IMG/VR virus record: IMGVR_UViG_3300006169_000166
Location: 4,590 to 68,589 of that record
DNA length: 64,000 nt
Reading direction: 5' to 3' (one strand)
Origin: a virus
Lineage: Duplodnaviria > Caudoviricetes
Part shown: positions 17,975-26,894 of the stretch, one piece after another
Position numbering within the stretch: position 1 is the stretch's first letter
Layout: every line of letters starts with the position of its first letter
Program-made: the position numbers and the translations under genes
The notes under the pieces: generated by a model
What the model saw: only the letters and a program-made list of their open reading frames with translations
Told to the model about the DNA's origin: nothing
Databases searched by the model: none

Positions 17975-18008
17975 TGTTCGCCGCCGTTTTCGCTTGGGGG
18001 CTTCGGCC

Positions 18009-18341
18009 ATGACTGACTCTACCCATGCGCTGAAAGTGCTGTCTGATCTCGTTCACGACCTTGAATGCGGAGAGATGTTCCTTGAGGACATTCCCGAAGC
18101 TCTACGCAGTCGACTCCGCGCACTCCTCAAACAGCCATCCCGCGCCAAGCAGGCGGCGAAGCCAACAGGTTCGGCGTTGCCCGTCGCGGCGGGTGTTGCG
18201 CTGCGACCGTTCGACCCCGCCGCCCATCTCCACAGCGAGGAGGATGCCGGCTATTATCTCGAAGCCTCAACGGAAGGAAATGACGCCCGGCATATCGCAG
18301 GTGCGCTTGAAGATGTCGCCCGCTTCCGGTCGCGGAAATGA
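18009..18341 (+). CDS. Hypothetical protein with a C-terminal HI1420-type antitoxin N-domain-like segment
   Basis: PFDPAAHLHSEEDAGYYLEAS...IAGALEDVARFR. Confidence 0.55.
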   Translation: MTDSTHALKVLSDLVHDLECGEMFLEDIPEALRSRLRALLKQPSRAKQAAKPTGSALPVAAGVALRPFDPAAHLHSEEDAGYYLEASTEGNDARHIAGALEDVARFRSRK

Positions 18342-18862
18342 CCGGCTCCGCCGTCATCTCCCCCTGCGGGACGTACCGCCTCGAACTGGCGCGCGATGTC
18401 GAGCTCGACCCGCTGATGGTCGGCCTGCTCGGCCCCGGCTGCACGACGCTTCTCATTGGCGTGAACCCGTCCACGGCCGACGCAGTCCAGAACGATGCCA
18501 CCATCCGCAAGGACATCGGATTCGCGCAGCGGCTCGGCTGGGCGAGGATCCTGAAAGGCAACAAGTTCGCCTACCGCGCGACCGACGTGCGCGAGCTCGC
18601 GATGGCCGCCGATCCGGTCGGCCCCGGCAACGACGTCCATCTCGAGCGGATGATGCGCGAGGCCGCGATCGTCGTCGCCTGCTGGGGGCCGCTGTCGAAA
18701 CTGCCGGCCAGGTTGCGCGGTCGCTGGCGCGAGGTCGTCGCGATCGCCGAGCGGGTCGGCAAGCCCTTGCACTGCTTCGGCACCGCGAAGGACGGCCAGC
18801 CGCTGCACACGCTGATGCTGCCCTACTCAACGCCACTTGTGCGATGGAGTCCGCCGCTATGA
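18338..18862 (+). CDS. DUF1643 family protein
   Basis: SPCGTYR, GVNPSTADAVQNDATIRK, AYRATD, HTL. Confidence 0.85.
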   Translation: MTGSAVISPCGTYRLELARDVELDPLMVGLLGPGCTTLLIGVNPSTADAVQNDATIRKDIGFAQRLGWARILKGNKFAYRATDVRELAMAADPVGPGNDVHLERMMREAAIVVACWGPLSKLPARLRGRWREVVAIAERVGKPLHCFGTAKDGQPLHTLMLPYSTPLVRWSPPL

Positions 18863-19038
18863 TGACCAAGTGGCATCGCAAGCCGTTCGTTTCGGTTTAC
18901 GAGGGCGCAGCTGCGCAGATGCTCGGCCGCTATGTCCGATCATGGAACCGCGAGCAGCGCGACTGGCGCGAACAGCATATTCAACGGACTCAGGGTTTCA
19001 GGCCGCTCTATCGCATCAATCTCAGGGACAAGCCGTGA
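18859..19038 (+). CDS. Hypothetical protein
   Basis: Overlapping start/stop on both sides. Confidence 0.55.
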   Translation: MMTKWHRKPFVSVYEGAAAQMLGRYVRSWNREQRDWREQHIQRTQGFRPLYRINLRDKP

Positions 19039-19427
19039 GAGTCGTCGTCACAGGCGGACGCGAGTATCGCGACTCGTCGACGGTCGACCGCACCCTCGAC
19101 GAGATTCACGCGGCGACCCCGATCAGCGTGCTCGCCCACGGTGATTGCCGCGGCGCCGACCGGCTGGCCGCCGACTGGGCGCGGCGCCGGCACGTTCGAC
19201 TCTCCCCGCATCCCGCCGCCTGGGACAATATCGACATCGGCGGCGCGAAGATCCGCTGGCGCGCCGGCAGGCCCTACAACGCAGCTGCGGGGTTCCAGAG
19301 AAATATCCGGATGCTCGAGGCCGAGCGGCCCGATCTGGTGGTCGCCTTTCCGGGCGGCACCGGCACCGACCATTGCGTCCGGAACGCGCGCCGCCGGAAA
19401 ATCAAAGTGTTGCCTGTTTGCCCTTGA
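19035..19427 (+). CDS. SLOG-superfamily (YspA/DUF2493-like) protein
   Basis: VVVTGGREY, HGDCRGAD, AGFQRN, AFPGGTGT. Confidence 0.85.
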   Translation: MRVVVTGGREYRDSSTVDRTLDEIHAATPISVLAHGDCRGADRLAADWARRRHVRLSPHPAAWDNIDIGGAKIRWRAGRPYNAAAGFQRNIRMLEAERPDLVVAFPGGTGTDHCVRNARRRKIKVLPVCP

Positions 19428-19456
19428 ATCACTAAAGTCGTGATTCGGAGAATCTG

Positions 19457-20281
19457 ATGCGTGTCTCGTCGACAGTCCCGGCAAAGTTCAACGCGGTCAC
19501 TGGCAAGCCGCCGGTGCTCGAATGGCTCGCGACCGGAGAATTGTCCGTCGATCCCAGTTACCAGCGGTCGCTCGAGGCTGAGACGTCGCGGTCGCTCATC
19601 CACCGGATGGCAGTCGACTGGAGCTGGGGGCTTTGCCTGCCGCTGACGGTGGCGCGCCGTCCCGACGGTACGCTGAAGATCGTTGACGGCCAGCACCGTC
19701 ATGCGGCTGCAGCGATGCGCGGCGACATCCCGCACCTCCCGTGCGTTGTGGTCGCCTTCGAAAGCGTGATCGACGAGGCGGCGGCTTTCGTCGAGATCAA
19801 CAAGCGGCGCCGCGCGCTCGGCGCGGTCGACGTGTTCAAGGCATCGCTCGCCGCCGGCCAGGGCGAAGCCTGCGAGGTCATGCGGCTGATCGCCGACGCC
19901 AGGCTCAGCCTTGCGCCGCACCAGAATTTCATCAGCTGGAAGCCCGGGCAGCTCTACTGCATCCCGACGATCCGCAACGGCCTCCGCCGACACGGCCGCA
20001 CCGTCGTGTCGGCCGCGCTCTGCGCATTGTCCGAAGCGTTCAGGGGCCAGGTTCTGCAATTCGCCGGCAATATGCTGGAGGGATTGATCGCTTTCTATGC
20101 GGAGATGCTGCCGCGCGGCGATTTCGACCCCGACCTGTTCGCCGAGCGCCTCAGCCGCAACCTCCAGTTCGACTGGATCCGCAAGGCGAAGCTGGAAGCT
20201 GCGCGGCATAACCTCAACCGCAAGGATGCGATGCGGGCCGTGCTGATGCGCGCCTATGACCAGGAAGTCTGTGCCGCATGA
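19457..20281 (+). CDS. ParB/Srx-like (DGQHR) protein
   Basis: VDPSYQR and IVDGQHRHAAA. Confidence 0.8.
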   Translation: MRVSSTVPAKFNAVTGKPPVLEWLATGELSVDPSYQRSLEAETSRSLIHRMAVDWSWGLCLPLTVARRPDGTLKIVDGQHRHAAAAMRGDIPHLPCVVVAFESVIDEAAAFVEINKRRRALGAVDVFKASLAAGQGEACEVMRLIADARLSLAPHQNFISWKPGQLYCIPTIRNGLRRHGRTVVSAALCALSEAFRGQVLQFAGNMLEGLIAFYAEMLPRGDFDPDLFAERLSRNLQFDWIRKAKLEAARHNLNRKDAMRAVLMRAYDQEVCAA

Positions 20282-20757
20282 CCGACATCGCGTTCGGTCG
20301 CGACCTTTGGGCGCTTCGACCGGCACTGGTGCGGGTCGCGCGCAATCTCTGCAAGGATGCCGAGCGCGCGGATGACCTGGCGTCGGACGCGATCGCGCGC
20401 GCATGGGAGTATCGGCGCCAGTTCACGCCGGGCACCAACCTTGCCGCCTGGGTCACCTTCATCCTGCGCAACCGCTTCCTCACTGAGCAGCGCCGCAAGC
20501 GCTGGGACGGCGGCAATGTCGAGGACCATGCGGGACTCGTCGTCCCCTGCCCGCCCGCGCAGGAGCATCACATCCACTTGCGCGACATGCAGGCCGCGTT
20601 CGAAATGATGCCGCGCGAGCAGGTGGAAGCCGTCATTGCGATCGCGCTCGAGGACGGAAGCTACGAGGAAGCCGCCGAGTCCGCCGGAGTCCCGGTGGGA
20701 ACGATGAAAAGCCGAATCGCCCGCGGTCGGGCCGCGCTTCAGGAACTGATGGCATGA
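20278..20757 (+). CDS. ECF sigma factor, EcfG/sigmaT-like
   Basis: ADDLASDAIARAW, FTPGTNLAAWVTFILRNRF, SYEEAAESAGVPVGTMKSRIARGR. Confidence 0.85.
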   Translation: MTDIAFGRDLWALRPALVRVARNLCKDAERADDLASDAIARAWEYRRQFTPGTNLAAWVTFILRNRFLTEQRRKRWDGGNVEDHAGLVVPCPPAQEHHIHLRDMQAAFEMMPREQVEAVIAIALEDGSYEEAAESAGVPVGTMKSRIARGRAALQELMA

Positions 20758-21098
20758 AAGAAGCCGTCGCCCTGGTGCTGACATTCTGGGCAGCGGGCGC
20801 CACCCTCTCCCCCACTCCGGCGACCGCTCCCGCACTCGCGCCCAATTCGACACTCTACAGCGACGGCATCCCGCCGGCGCGCTACCAGGGCAACAACAGC
20901 CTCGCGCTGACCGTCGTCGACGACCTCAACACGGTGTGCGGCACCCCGCCGCCCGGCAAGCACTTCCTTGGCTGCGTCCGCGGCGGGCGCACCTTCATGC
21001 CCAACCCGTGCCGGACGGCATCGGAGCATCCCTATCCCCGGATCCTCTGCCACGAGCTCGGCCATGTGAACGGCTGGCCGGGCACCCACGGCGACTGA
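20754..21098 (+). CDS. Small secreted Cys-rich protein with HExxH motif
   Basis: Signal-like N-terminus; CHELGH. Confidence 0.65.
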   Translation: MKEAVALVLTFWAAGATLSPTPATAPALAPNSTLYSDGIPPARYQGNNSLALTVVDDLNTVCGTPPPGKHFLGCVRGGRTFMPNPCRTASEHPYPRILCHELGHVNGWPGTHGD

Positions 21099-21323
21099 TC
21101 AGCGCGCCGGGAACCGGAGTATCTCGAACTGCCCGGTCCGCCCGTTGCATCGGCTGCAGCGGAGTTGCCGCTGCGCCCGGTCGAGCGGCATCGCCACGGG
21201 AAACATCCTGGCGATGATCGGCGGCGTCACCGTTACGCTGTGACCGCAGCGCGTGCAGATGATTTTCGCGCCGGCCGCCTTCCGCTTGAAGTCGCCGGTC
21301 GTCCAGACTCGCGTATCCCCCAT
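21099..21323 (-). CDS. Zinc-ribbon protein
   Basis: CTRCGH and CSRCN. Confidence 0.6.
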   Translation of the reverse strand: MGDTRVWTTGDFKRKAAGAKIICTRCGHSVTVTPPIIARMFPVAMPLDRAQRQLRCSRCNGRTGQFEILRFPAR

Positions 21324-21425
21324 CGCCGGAACGTATAGGGAACATTGCCGGAGAAATCAGCATTTTTGAATCTGCGGCGTTGCGCGCGTTATGACTCCCT
21401 AAAGACGTGATCGCGGGAGCATCCA

Positions 21426-21773
21426 GTGACGAGCCTGACACTGCACCTGAAGGTCGGGGACACGCTCGACGGCACCGGCACCTACCGCGACGCGAACGGG
21501 GATCCCGTCGACCTCGACACGGCGGGGATCACGGTGACCAGCGCGGTGCTGAGCGCCGACGGCACCGAAAGCTGGCCCGTCGAGGTGACGCCGGACCCCG
21601 ATCAGTCGGCGAACGCAGGGCAATATGCCTTCCATGCCGATTCCTCCGGCTGGACAGCAGGCAAGGGTCTGCGCTGGGACATCCGCTATACCGGCGCCGA
21701 CGGGCGCAGCGCGTCGACGGACACCGTCACCATCAACCTTAGCCAGGCGATCGCCCCGAGGCCTTCCGAGTGA
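21426..21773 (+). CDS. BppU-like tail-fibre adaptor domain protein
   Basis: LKVGDT, G.PVDL, WDIRYT pattern; precedes the fibre gene. Confidence 0.6.
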   Translation: MTSLTLHLKVGDTLDGTGTYRDANGDPVDLDTAGITVTSAVLSADGTESWPVEVTPDPDQSANAGQYAFHADSSGWTAGKGLRWDIRYTGADGRSASTDTVTINLSQAIAPRPSE

Positions 21774-23464
21774 GCGGCACCCTGCTCCTCACGCGGGGAT
21801 CGACCGAACTGAGCATCAACCTGGCGGGCGGGGGCACGCAGCTGCTGACCGTCCCGACCGGCAGCCGCACGAGCATCGCGGTCGTCGGCGGCGCACCGGG
21901 GCCGCGGGGCCTGAAGGGCGACAAGGGCGACCGCGGCGACAGCGGGGAGCCGACCGCCGAGGATCTCGTCGCTTACTTCGCGGAAAACCCGCCTCCTGCG
22001 GGGCCGAAGGGCGACACGGGCGACCCCGGCGCCGACGGCGCGCCCGGAGAAAACGGTGCCGACGGTGCCGACGGCAAGTCCGCCTATGAGATCGCCGTCG
22101 ATGCCGGGTTCGCCGGAGATACGGTCGCATGGCTCGCCAGCTTGGTCGGCCCTCCCGGTGACTCGGGCAGCGATGGAGCAGATGGTGCGCCCGGAGCAGA
22201 TGGTGCGCCCGGAGCAGATGGCAGCGACGGCAAGTCGGCATACCAGCTCGCGCTCGACAACGGCTTCGTGGGTACGATCACCCAATGGCTTGAATCCCTG
22301 GTCGGGACAGACGGTGCTCCGGGCGCCGATGGTGCAGACGGTGCTCCGGGCGCAGACGGCAAGTCGGCCTACGCGCTTGCGGTCGAAGCCGGCTTCGTCG
22401 GCGATGTGGCGGCATGGCTTGCATCTTTGGTCGGCGCGGCGGGCGCGGACGGCAGCGACGCCAATGTCACCAATGGCAACGTCAATGCGGCGATCGCCGA
22501 CGATCCGTCGGCAACGCGCTCGGAACTGGAACTCGGAACTGCCGCCCTCGCAGACCTGGACGATTTCGATGTCGGGAACATCAACGTCACCGGGTCGCTG
22601 AGCGCAGCTTATGTCGCCAGTCCGGCCGTCCCAGCCGCCGACCATGTCACCTTTGCGCCGCAACGCATCACTGCCAGTGGCAAGCGCGCGATGCCGCGCT
22701 GGCTGCTGGAGGACGGCACGTTCCTGTCGATGCAACCGCACATCGGCCGCAACGGAGTGGCGTGGGCGAACCCGCGCGGCGGCACCGCCAATATCGACAT
22801 CAACGGCATCATCTTCACGGCATCCGGCACGGCCACGGCGCGCCCTGCCGCGACTACGAACCGCGCCACCCGCGCCAAGCGCATGGCCTATGTATCGAGC
22901 AATGCCGCAGGGAGCGTCGGCGGCATATATTCGCCGAACAATGTCTATACGGTCGGCTCCGGGACGAACGCAGGTGGAGGCGGGTTTTTTGCCGTTTTCC
23001 AGTGGGTCGCCAGCGATGCTGCGACCGTGGCCGGAGCGCACATGTTCATCGGCATGTCGAGTTCGGTGACCGTGCCGTCCGCAACCATCAGCCCCTCGGG
23101 ATTCACCAACTGCATCGGCGTCGGCCAGGCCGCAGGGTCTGCCAACCTCCAGTTGTTCTACGGTGGCTCGGCGGCGCAGGCGTCCATCGACCTCGGCGCC
23201 AACTTCCCGGCCGCAGGATCCTCGACCGACCTTTACGAAGTCATCATCTATGCGCCCGCCAGTTCCAGCAACAGCGTCTATATCCGGATCGAGCGGATCA
23301 ACACCGGCCATGTGTTCGAACAGGTTCTGACAGGCACCGCAGGGGTAGCACTCCCCGCCAGCAACACCTTCCTCGCCCCGCGGCTATACCGCGCCAACAA
23401 CACGACGGCCCTCTCGACCGGCTTGGATATCGCCAGCTTCTACATCGAGAATAATTTCAGTTAG
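21770..23464 (+). CDS. Collagen-like tail fibre / receptor-binding protein
   Basis: Gly-X-Y runs; three GKSAY..A...GF.G...WL.SL.G repeats; beta-rich C-terminus. Confidence 0.8.
   Translation: MSGTLLLTRGSTELSINLAGGGTQLLTVPTGSRTSIAVVGGAPGPRGLKGDKGDRGDSGEPTAEDLVAYFAENPPPAGPKGDTGDPGADGAPGENGADGADGKSAYEIAVDAGFAGDTVAWLASLVGPPGDSGSDGADGAPGADGAPGADGSDGKSAYQLALDNGFVGTITQWLESLVGTDGAPGADGADGAPGADGKSAYALAVEAGFVGDVAAWLASLVGAAGADGSDANVTNGNVNAAIADDPSATRSELELGTAALADLDDFDVGNINVTGSLSAAYVASPAVPAADHVTFAPQRITASGKRAMPRWLLEDGTFLSMQPHIGRNGVAWANPRGGTANIDINGIIFTASGTATARPAATTNRATRAKRMAYVSSNAAGSVGGIYSPNNVYTVGSGTNAGGGGFFAVFQWVASDAATVAGAHMFIGMSSSVTVPSATISPSGFTNCIGVGQAAGSANLQLFYGGSAAQASIDLGANFPAAGSSTDLYEVIIYAPASSSNSVYIRIERINTGHVFEQVLTGTAGVALPASNTFLAPRLYRANNTTALSTGLDIASFYIENNFS
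22175..22221 (+). repeat. 18-bp tandem repeat GGAGCAGATGGTGCGCCC (about 2.6 copies)
   Basis: Encodes GADGAP units. Confidence 0.8.
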
Positions 23465-23553
23465 TCACCTTTCGCGTGACTTTTCGCTTGCGCGACTCGA
23501 CCCACTCAACTTACAAGTGATTCGACACACAGCGAATCGGAGGGGTCGGGGAA

Positions 23554-23892
23554 ATGCGAAGCAGCAAGCGGGAACGTCGTGAAGCCCATTGCGCGGCAAT
23601 GAAGGTTCGCCGCGCCAGTCAGTTTGCAGCCACCGCGGGTTTCACGCCGGTCGCCAACGGCCGCATCAACGCCGCCTGCCAGACGCAATTCGCGCTCCTG
23701 ATGGTCGAGAATCCGAGGCGCAACCAGGTGGAGGCGCAGGAGATTGCGGTGAACCGGGTTGCTTCCATGCTTCCTGCGCCACGCAGGGTGTTCGACTGGC
23801 GCGCCAAGGGTCCGAGCAAGAACGACGATCCGGCCTATCGCGGCGAACAGTTCGGAAAGGTTCGGATCGCGAATCGGCGGGTTCCGGCATGA
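23554..23892 (+). CDS. Hypothetical protein
   Basis: Follows operator/promoter at 23465-23520. Confidence 0.6.
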   Translation: MRSSKRERREAHCAAMKVRRASQFAATAGFTPVANGRINAACQTQFALLMVENPRRNQVEAQEIAVNRVASMLPAPRRVFDWRAKGPSKNDDPAYRGEQFGKVRIANRRVPA

Positions 23893-24134
23893 CCGCCGCC
23901 GCCGACCGCGTCACCGCCTTGTGCGAGCAGCTGTCGGGCCGCGAGGCCAATGGCGACAGCCGCCTCGACGGGGATCTCGGACTCGACAGCCTCGACCGCA
24001 TCCAGTTGGCGATGGACATCGAGGACGCGCTCGGCCTCCACATCCCGGACGAGGATGTCGACCGGGAGGAGCTCGGCACCGTCGGCGGGCTGATCGAATA
24101 TGTCGAGCGGCGTCTGAAGGTGGACGGGCAATGA
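23889..24134 (+). CDS. Acyl carrier protein
   Basis: DLGLDSLDRIQLAMDIEDALGL..PDED, TVGGLIEYV; phosphopantetheine Ser in DSL. Confidence 0.85.
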   Translation: MTAAADRVTALCEQLSGREANGDSRLDGDLGLDSLDRIQLAMDIEDALGLHIPDEDVDREELGTVGGLIEYVERRLKVDGQ

Positions 24135-24277
24135 CCATCGCCCTGCTGCTGATCTGCGCTCTCGCCTTCGCAACCATCGGAGTGGTCGCTTCGGTCAGAT
24201 ACGACAGCGCATGGTGCCTCATTCCGATGCTCATGGGTCTCCTCTGCGCGTTGCAGGCAGGCAGGTTGATCGGCTGA
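24131..24277 (+). CDS. Small membrane protein
   Basis: Two hydrophobic segments; coupled start/stop. Confidence 0.6.
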   Translation: MTIALLLICALAFATIGVVASVRYDSAWCLIPMLMGLLCALQAGRLIG

Positions 24278-24822
24278 TGAAACCCGGCGACCGCTTCCGC
24301 TCCCGCAACACGATGTTCTGGCGCGCCGACGAGAAATTGGAGGCGATCGGCCGCGAGCGACGTTGGATCGACTTCCATCGGGCCTGCGGCGCGCAGGGCT
24401 TGTTCTTCGACGACATCGACCCCGTCAACGACGACCCGAAGAAGGACGTCACCGACAGGATGCGCGGGCGCGGCTACCAGGCGGTCGCCTTCCGCGTCGG
24501 CAAGGACAAGGGCGGCCACTTCATCCAGTTGTTCGTCGCCCGCGGCATTGGCAGCGACCCGGTGGAGGCAGTGCTAGCTGCCTACCGCGCTGCCATTGAG
24601 GCGGGCGATCCTGTGACGCACGGCCTGGACACCATTCTCCGTCAGTCCGTGTCGCCCACATCAAGCCCGCCGCTTGGGGGCGCAGAAGCCCTTACGGTCG
24701 AACCTCACTCCCTATCGTCCGAGGATTCCGCGCTGAAAAGGCTCGTTGCGAAAGCCGCTTTTGCAACCGGAAATCCGCTTCCCGTCATCGGCGACGACGA
24801 CATCATGGCGCTGATCGGCTGA
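24277..24822 (+). CDS. Hypothetical protein
   Basis: TGATG overlaps; ends DDDIMALIG. Confidence 0.65.
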   Translation: MKPGDRFRSRNTMFWRADEKLEAIGRERRWIDFHRACGAQGLFFDDIDPVNDDPKKDVTDRMRGRGYQAVAFRVGKDKGGHFIQLFVARGIGSDPVEAVLAAYRAAIEAGDPVTHGLDTILRQSVSPTSSPPLGGAEALTVEPHSLSSEDSALKRLVAKAAFATGNPLPVIGDDDIMALIG

Positions 24823-24995
24823 TGTTCGGACGTCACCCCGTCATCGCGCCGCTCGGCGTTGCGATCGGCCTCACCGCCCTCGCCTGCCTGGCGCTCGCGT
24901 CCGGCCGTCCCGGCAGCGCCGCGGCCTGCTTCATCGTCGCGGTCGGCATGGCAGCCGTCGCCGCGCACTCCAACTGCGAAAGGGGAACCTGGTGA
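24822..24995 (+). CDS. Small membrane protein
   Basis: MFGRHPVIAPLGV... read manually; hydrophobic. Confidence 0.5.
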   Translation: MFGRHPVIAPLGVAIGLTALACLALASGRPGSAAACFIVAVGMAAVAAHSNCERGTW

Positions 24996-25231
24996 ACCAG
25001 TCCCGAATCGACAGCGCGATGGAGGCGGTCACCAACACGGCGATCGGCTTCGTCATCAGTGTCGTTACCTGGCATTTCGTCGCGCTCGCCTTCGGCATCC
25101 CGATGCCGCTCGCCGAGAATATGGCGATCATCTCGATTTTCACCGTCGTTTCGATTGCCCGCCAATATGTGCTGCGCCGCCTGTTCGACGGACGCTCGCC
25201 CTGGGCGGCGCTCAAGGAGAGGTTCGCATGA
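24992..25231 (+). CDS. Small phage membrane protein of nucleotide-metabolism clusters
   Basis: [18 protein letters not shown]...RQYVLRRLF. Confidence 0.75.
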   Translation: MNQSRIDSAMEAVTNTAIGFVISVVTWHFVALAFGIPMPLAENMAIISIFTVVSIARQYVLRRLFDGRSPWAALKERFA

Positions 25232-25455
25232 CCACCGAGCAGGATTGGAACCGCGCGATGGCGGAGGCCGGTTATGCGCCGGTCGCGGATTATGTCCGCC
25301 GCTACGAAGCCGTCGAGCCGGGCGGCTGCGCTCCGCCGGTGCTGATCGAGCGGGAACCCCGCCGCCGCTGGCGCGAGCATGGCGCCGCCCGCCACACGGC
25401 GATCCTGCTGCTGATCGTGCTTGCGGTCATGGCGCTCGTGACGGGAGGGCGGTGA
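25228..25455 (+). CDS. Hypothetical protein with C-terminal TM helix
   Basis: Coupled start/stop. Confidence 0.55.
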   Translation: MTTEQDWNRAMAEAGYAPVADYVRRYEAVEPGGCAPPVLIEREPRRRWREHGAARHTAILLLIVLAVMALVTGGR

Positions 25456-25820
25456 TGCACCATCATCCCGAATATCAATATCTGGCCTTGCTGCGCGACT
25501 GCCTAGTATACGGCGTCCACCGCGAAGGCCGCAACGGCGGCACCTATGGGCTGTTCGGCCGGCAGATCCGGTTCGACCTCACCGAAGGTTTCCCGCTGCT
25601 GACGACCAAGAAGATGTTCTTCAAGGGCATCGTCGTCGAGCTGCTGTGGTTCCTCCGAGGCGACACCAACGAGTTCTTCCTCGAAGGCATCCGCCAGCGC
25701 CTCGGAATCACGCGCGAGGAGACGCTCGAGGCGAACATCGACAAGCTCGGCCTCCGCTACCAAGGTCTCAAGTATAGCGACCAGGCAGCGCAGGACCGCG
25801 CCGACAAGGTGCCGGCATGA
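25455..25820 (+). pseudogene. thyA: In-frame chimera: thymidylate synthase N-terminus plus MazG-like C-terminus
   Basis: [10 protein letters not shown]...GFPLLTTKK...[11 protein letters not shown], then [28 protein letters not shown]...[12 protein letters not shown]; ThyA catalytic PCH region absent. Confidence 0.75.
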
Positions 25821-26749
25821 CCGACCTCACCATCGGGCACGGAACTGGCCTCGGCCATGCCGGTCGCCCCGAAATCGACTTCAGCGCCGTCGACCGCAAT
25901 GCACCCGGCCACCGCGGCTACGTCGAGCGGCTTCAGCGCGAAGGCTGCCCGCTCAACGACATCCCTGCATCCGGCCCGCCCTACCTGATCGGCCTGTGCT
26001 CGCGGGCGATGCAGTCGGGGAAATCGACGCTCGCCAACCATCTCGCCGAGCGGCACGGCTTCACCGCGCTGAAGTTCGCCGGTCCTCTGAAGGCGATGAC
26101 CCGGGCGTTGCTGCTCCAGCAGGGATTCTTCCCGTCCACCGTCGAACGGATGGTCGAGGGCGACCTCAAGGAGAGTGAACTCTTACCGTCGCTTTCGGTC
26201 TCACATGGGACTCTCGACGCGATGACCGACGCGCTGCTCGAGGCGACCGGCCTCGACCCGATGGAGATCGGCAACGAGCGCCTGAATTGCCACGTTCCGG
26301 CGCTGCACGCCTCACCACGCCAGATCTACATCATGCTGCGCGACACCTGGGCGCCGCTCGTGACCAGGCCTCTGGTCACACCGCGCTGGATCATGCAGTC
26401 GCTCGGCACCGAGTTCGGCCGCGAATGCCTTCACCCCAACGTCTGGGTCGACATCACATGCACGCGCGCCGCAGGCCTGCTTGCGGCCGGGAAATCGGTG
26501 GTGATCGACGACATGCGCTACGCGAACGAGATGGCCGGCGTGCGGGACACCGGCGGTTTCGCCGTCCGCGTCATCCGGCCCCAGGCGATCGTCACCAACA
26601 GCCACAGCAGCGAGGGCGAGCTGGACGAGGCTCCGATGACCTCGATCACCAACGGCTTCGCATCGGTCGACAGTTTCCACGGATATATCGACCGCGATGT
26701 CGTCCCGAGGCTTGACGAATGGCGTAAATTCGACTCACTAAACAGGTGA
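25817..26749 (+). CDS. Deoxynucleoside monophosphate kinase
   Basis: SGKST P-loop, [32 protein letters not shown]. Confidence 0.88.
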   Translation: MTDLTIGHGTGLGHAGRPEIDFSAVDRNAPGHRGYVERLQREGCPLNDIPASGPPYLIGLCSRAMQSGKSTLANHLAERHGFTALKFAGPLKAMTRALLLQQGFFPSTVERMVEGDLKESELLPSLSVSHGTLDAMTDALLEATGLDPMEIGNERLNCHVPALHASPRQIYIMLRDTWAPLVTRPLVTPRWIMQSLGTEFGRECLHPNVWVDITCTRAAGLLAAGKSVVIDDMRYANEMAGVRDTGGFAVRVIRPQAIVTNSHSSEGELDEAPMTSITNGFASVDSFHGYIDRDVVPRLDEWRKFDSLNR

Positions 26750-26894
26750 TTCGATGGGGCCGGCCGCCGAAGATTCTGCGCGGTCGGGGAAACCGGGAGA
26801 CAAGCAGAACCGGCGCGCCGAAAGGTGGTCTATTGGAAGCTCCCGACCCTTCGCATCGCACCGACAACGAACAAACGAACAGGACGACTTACCA

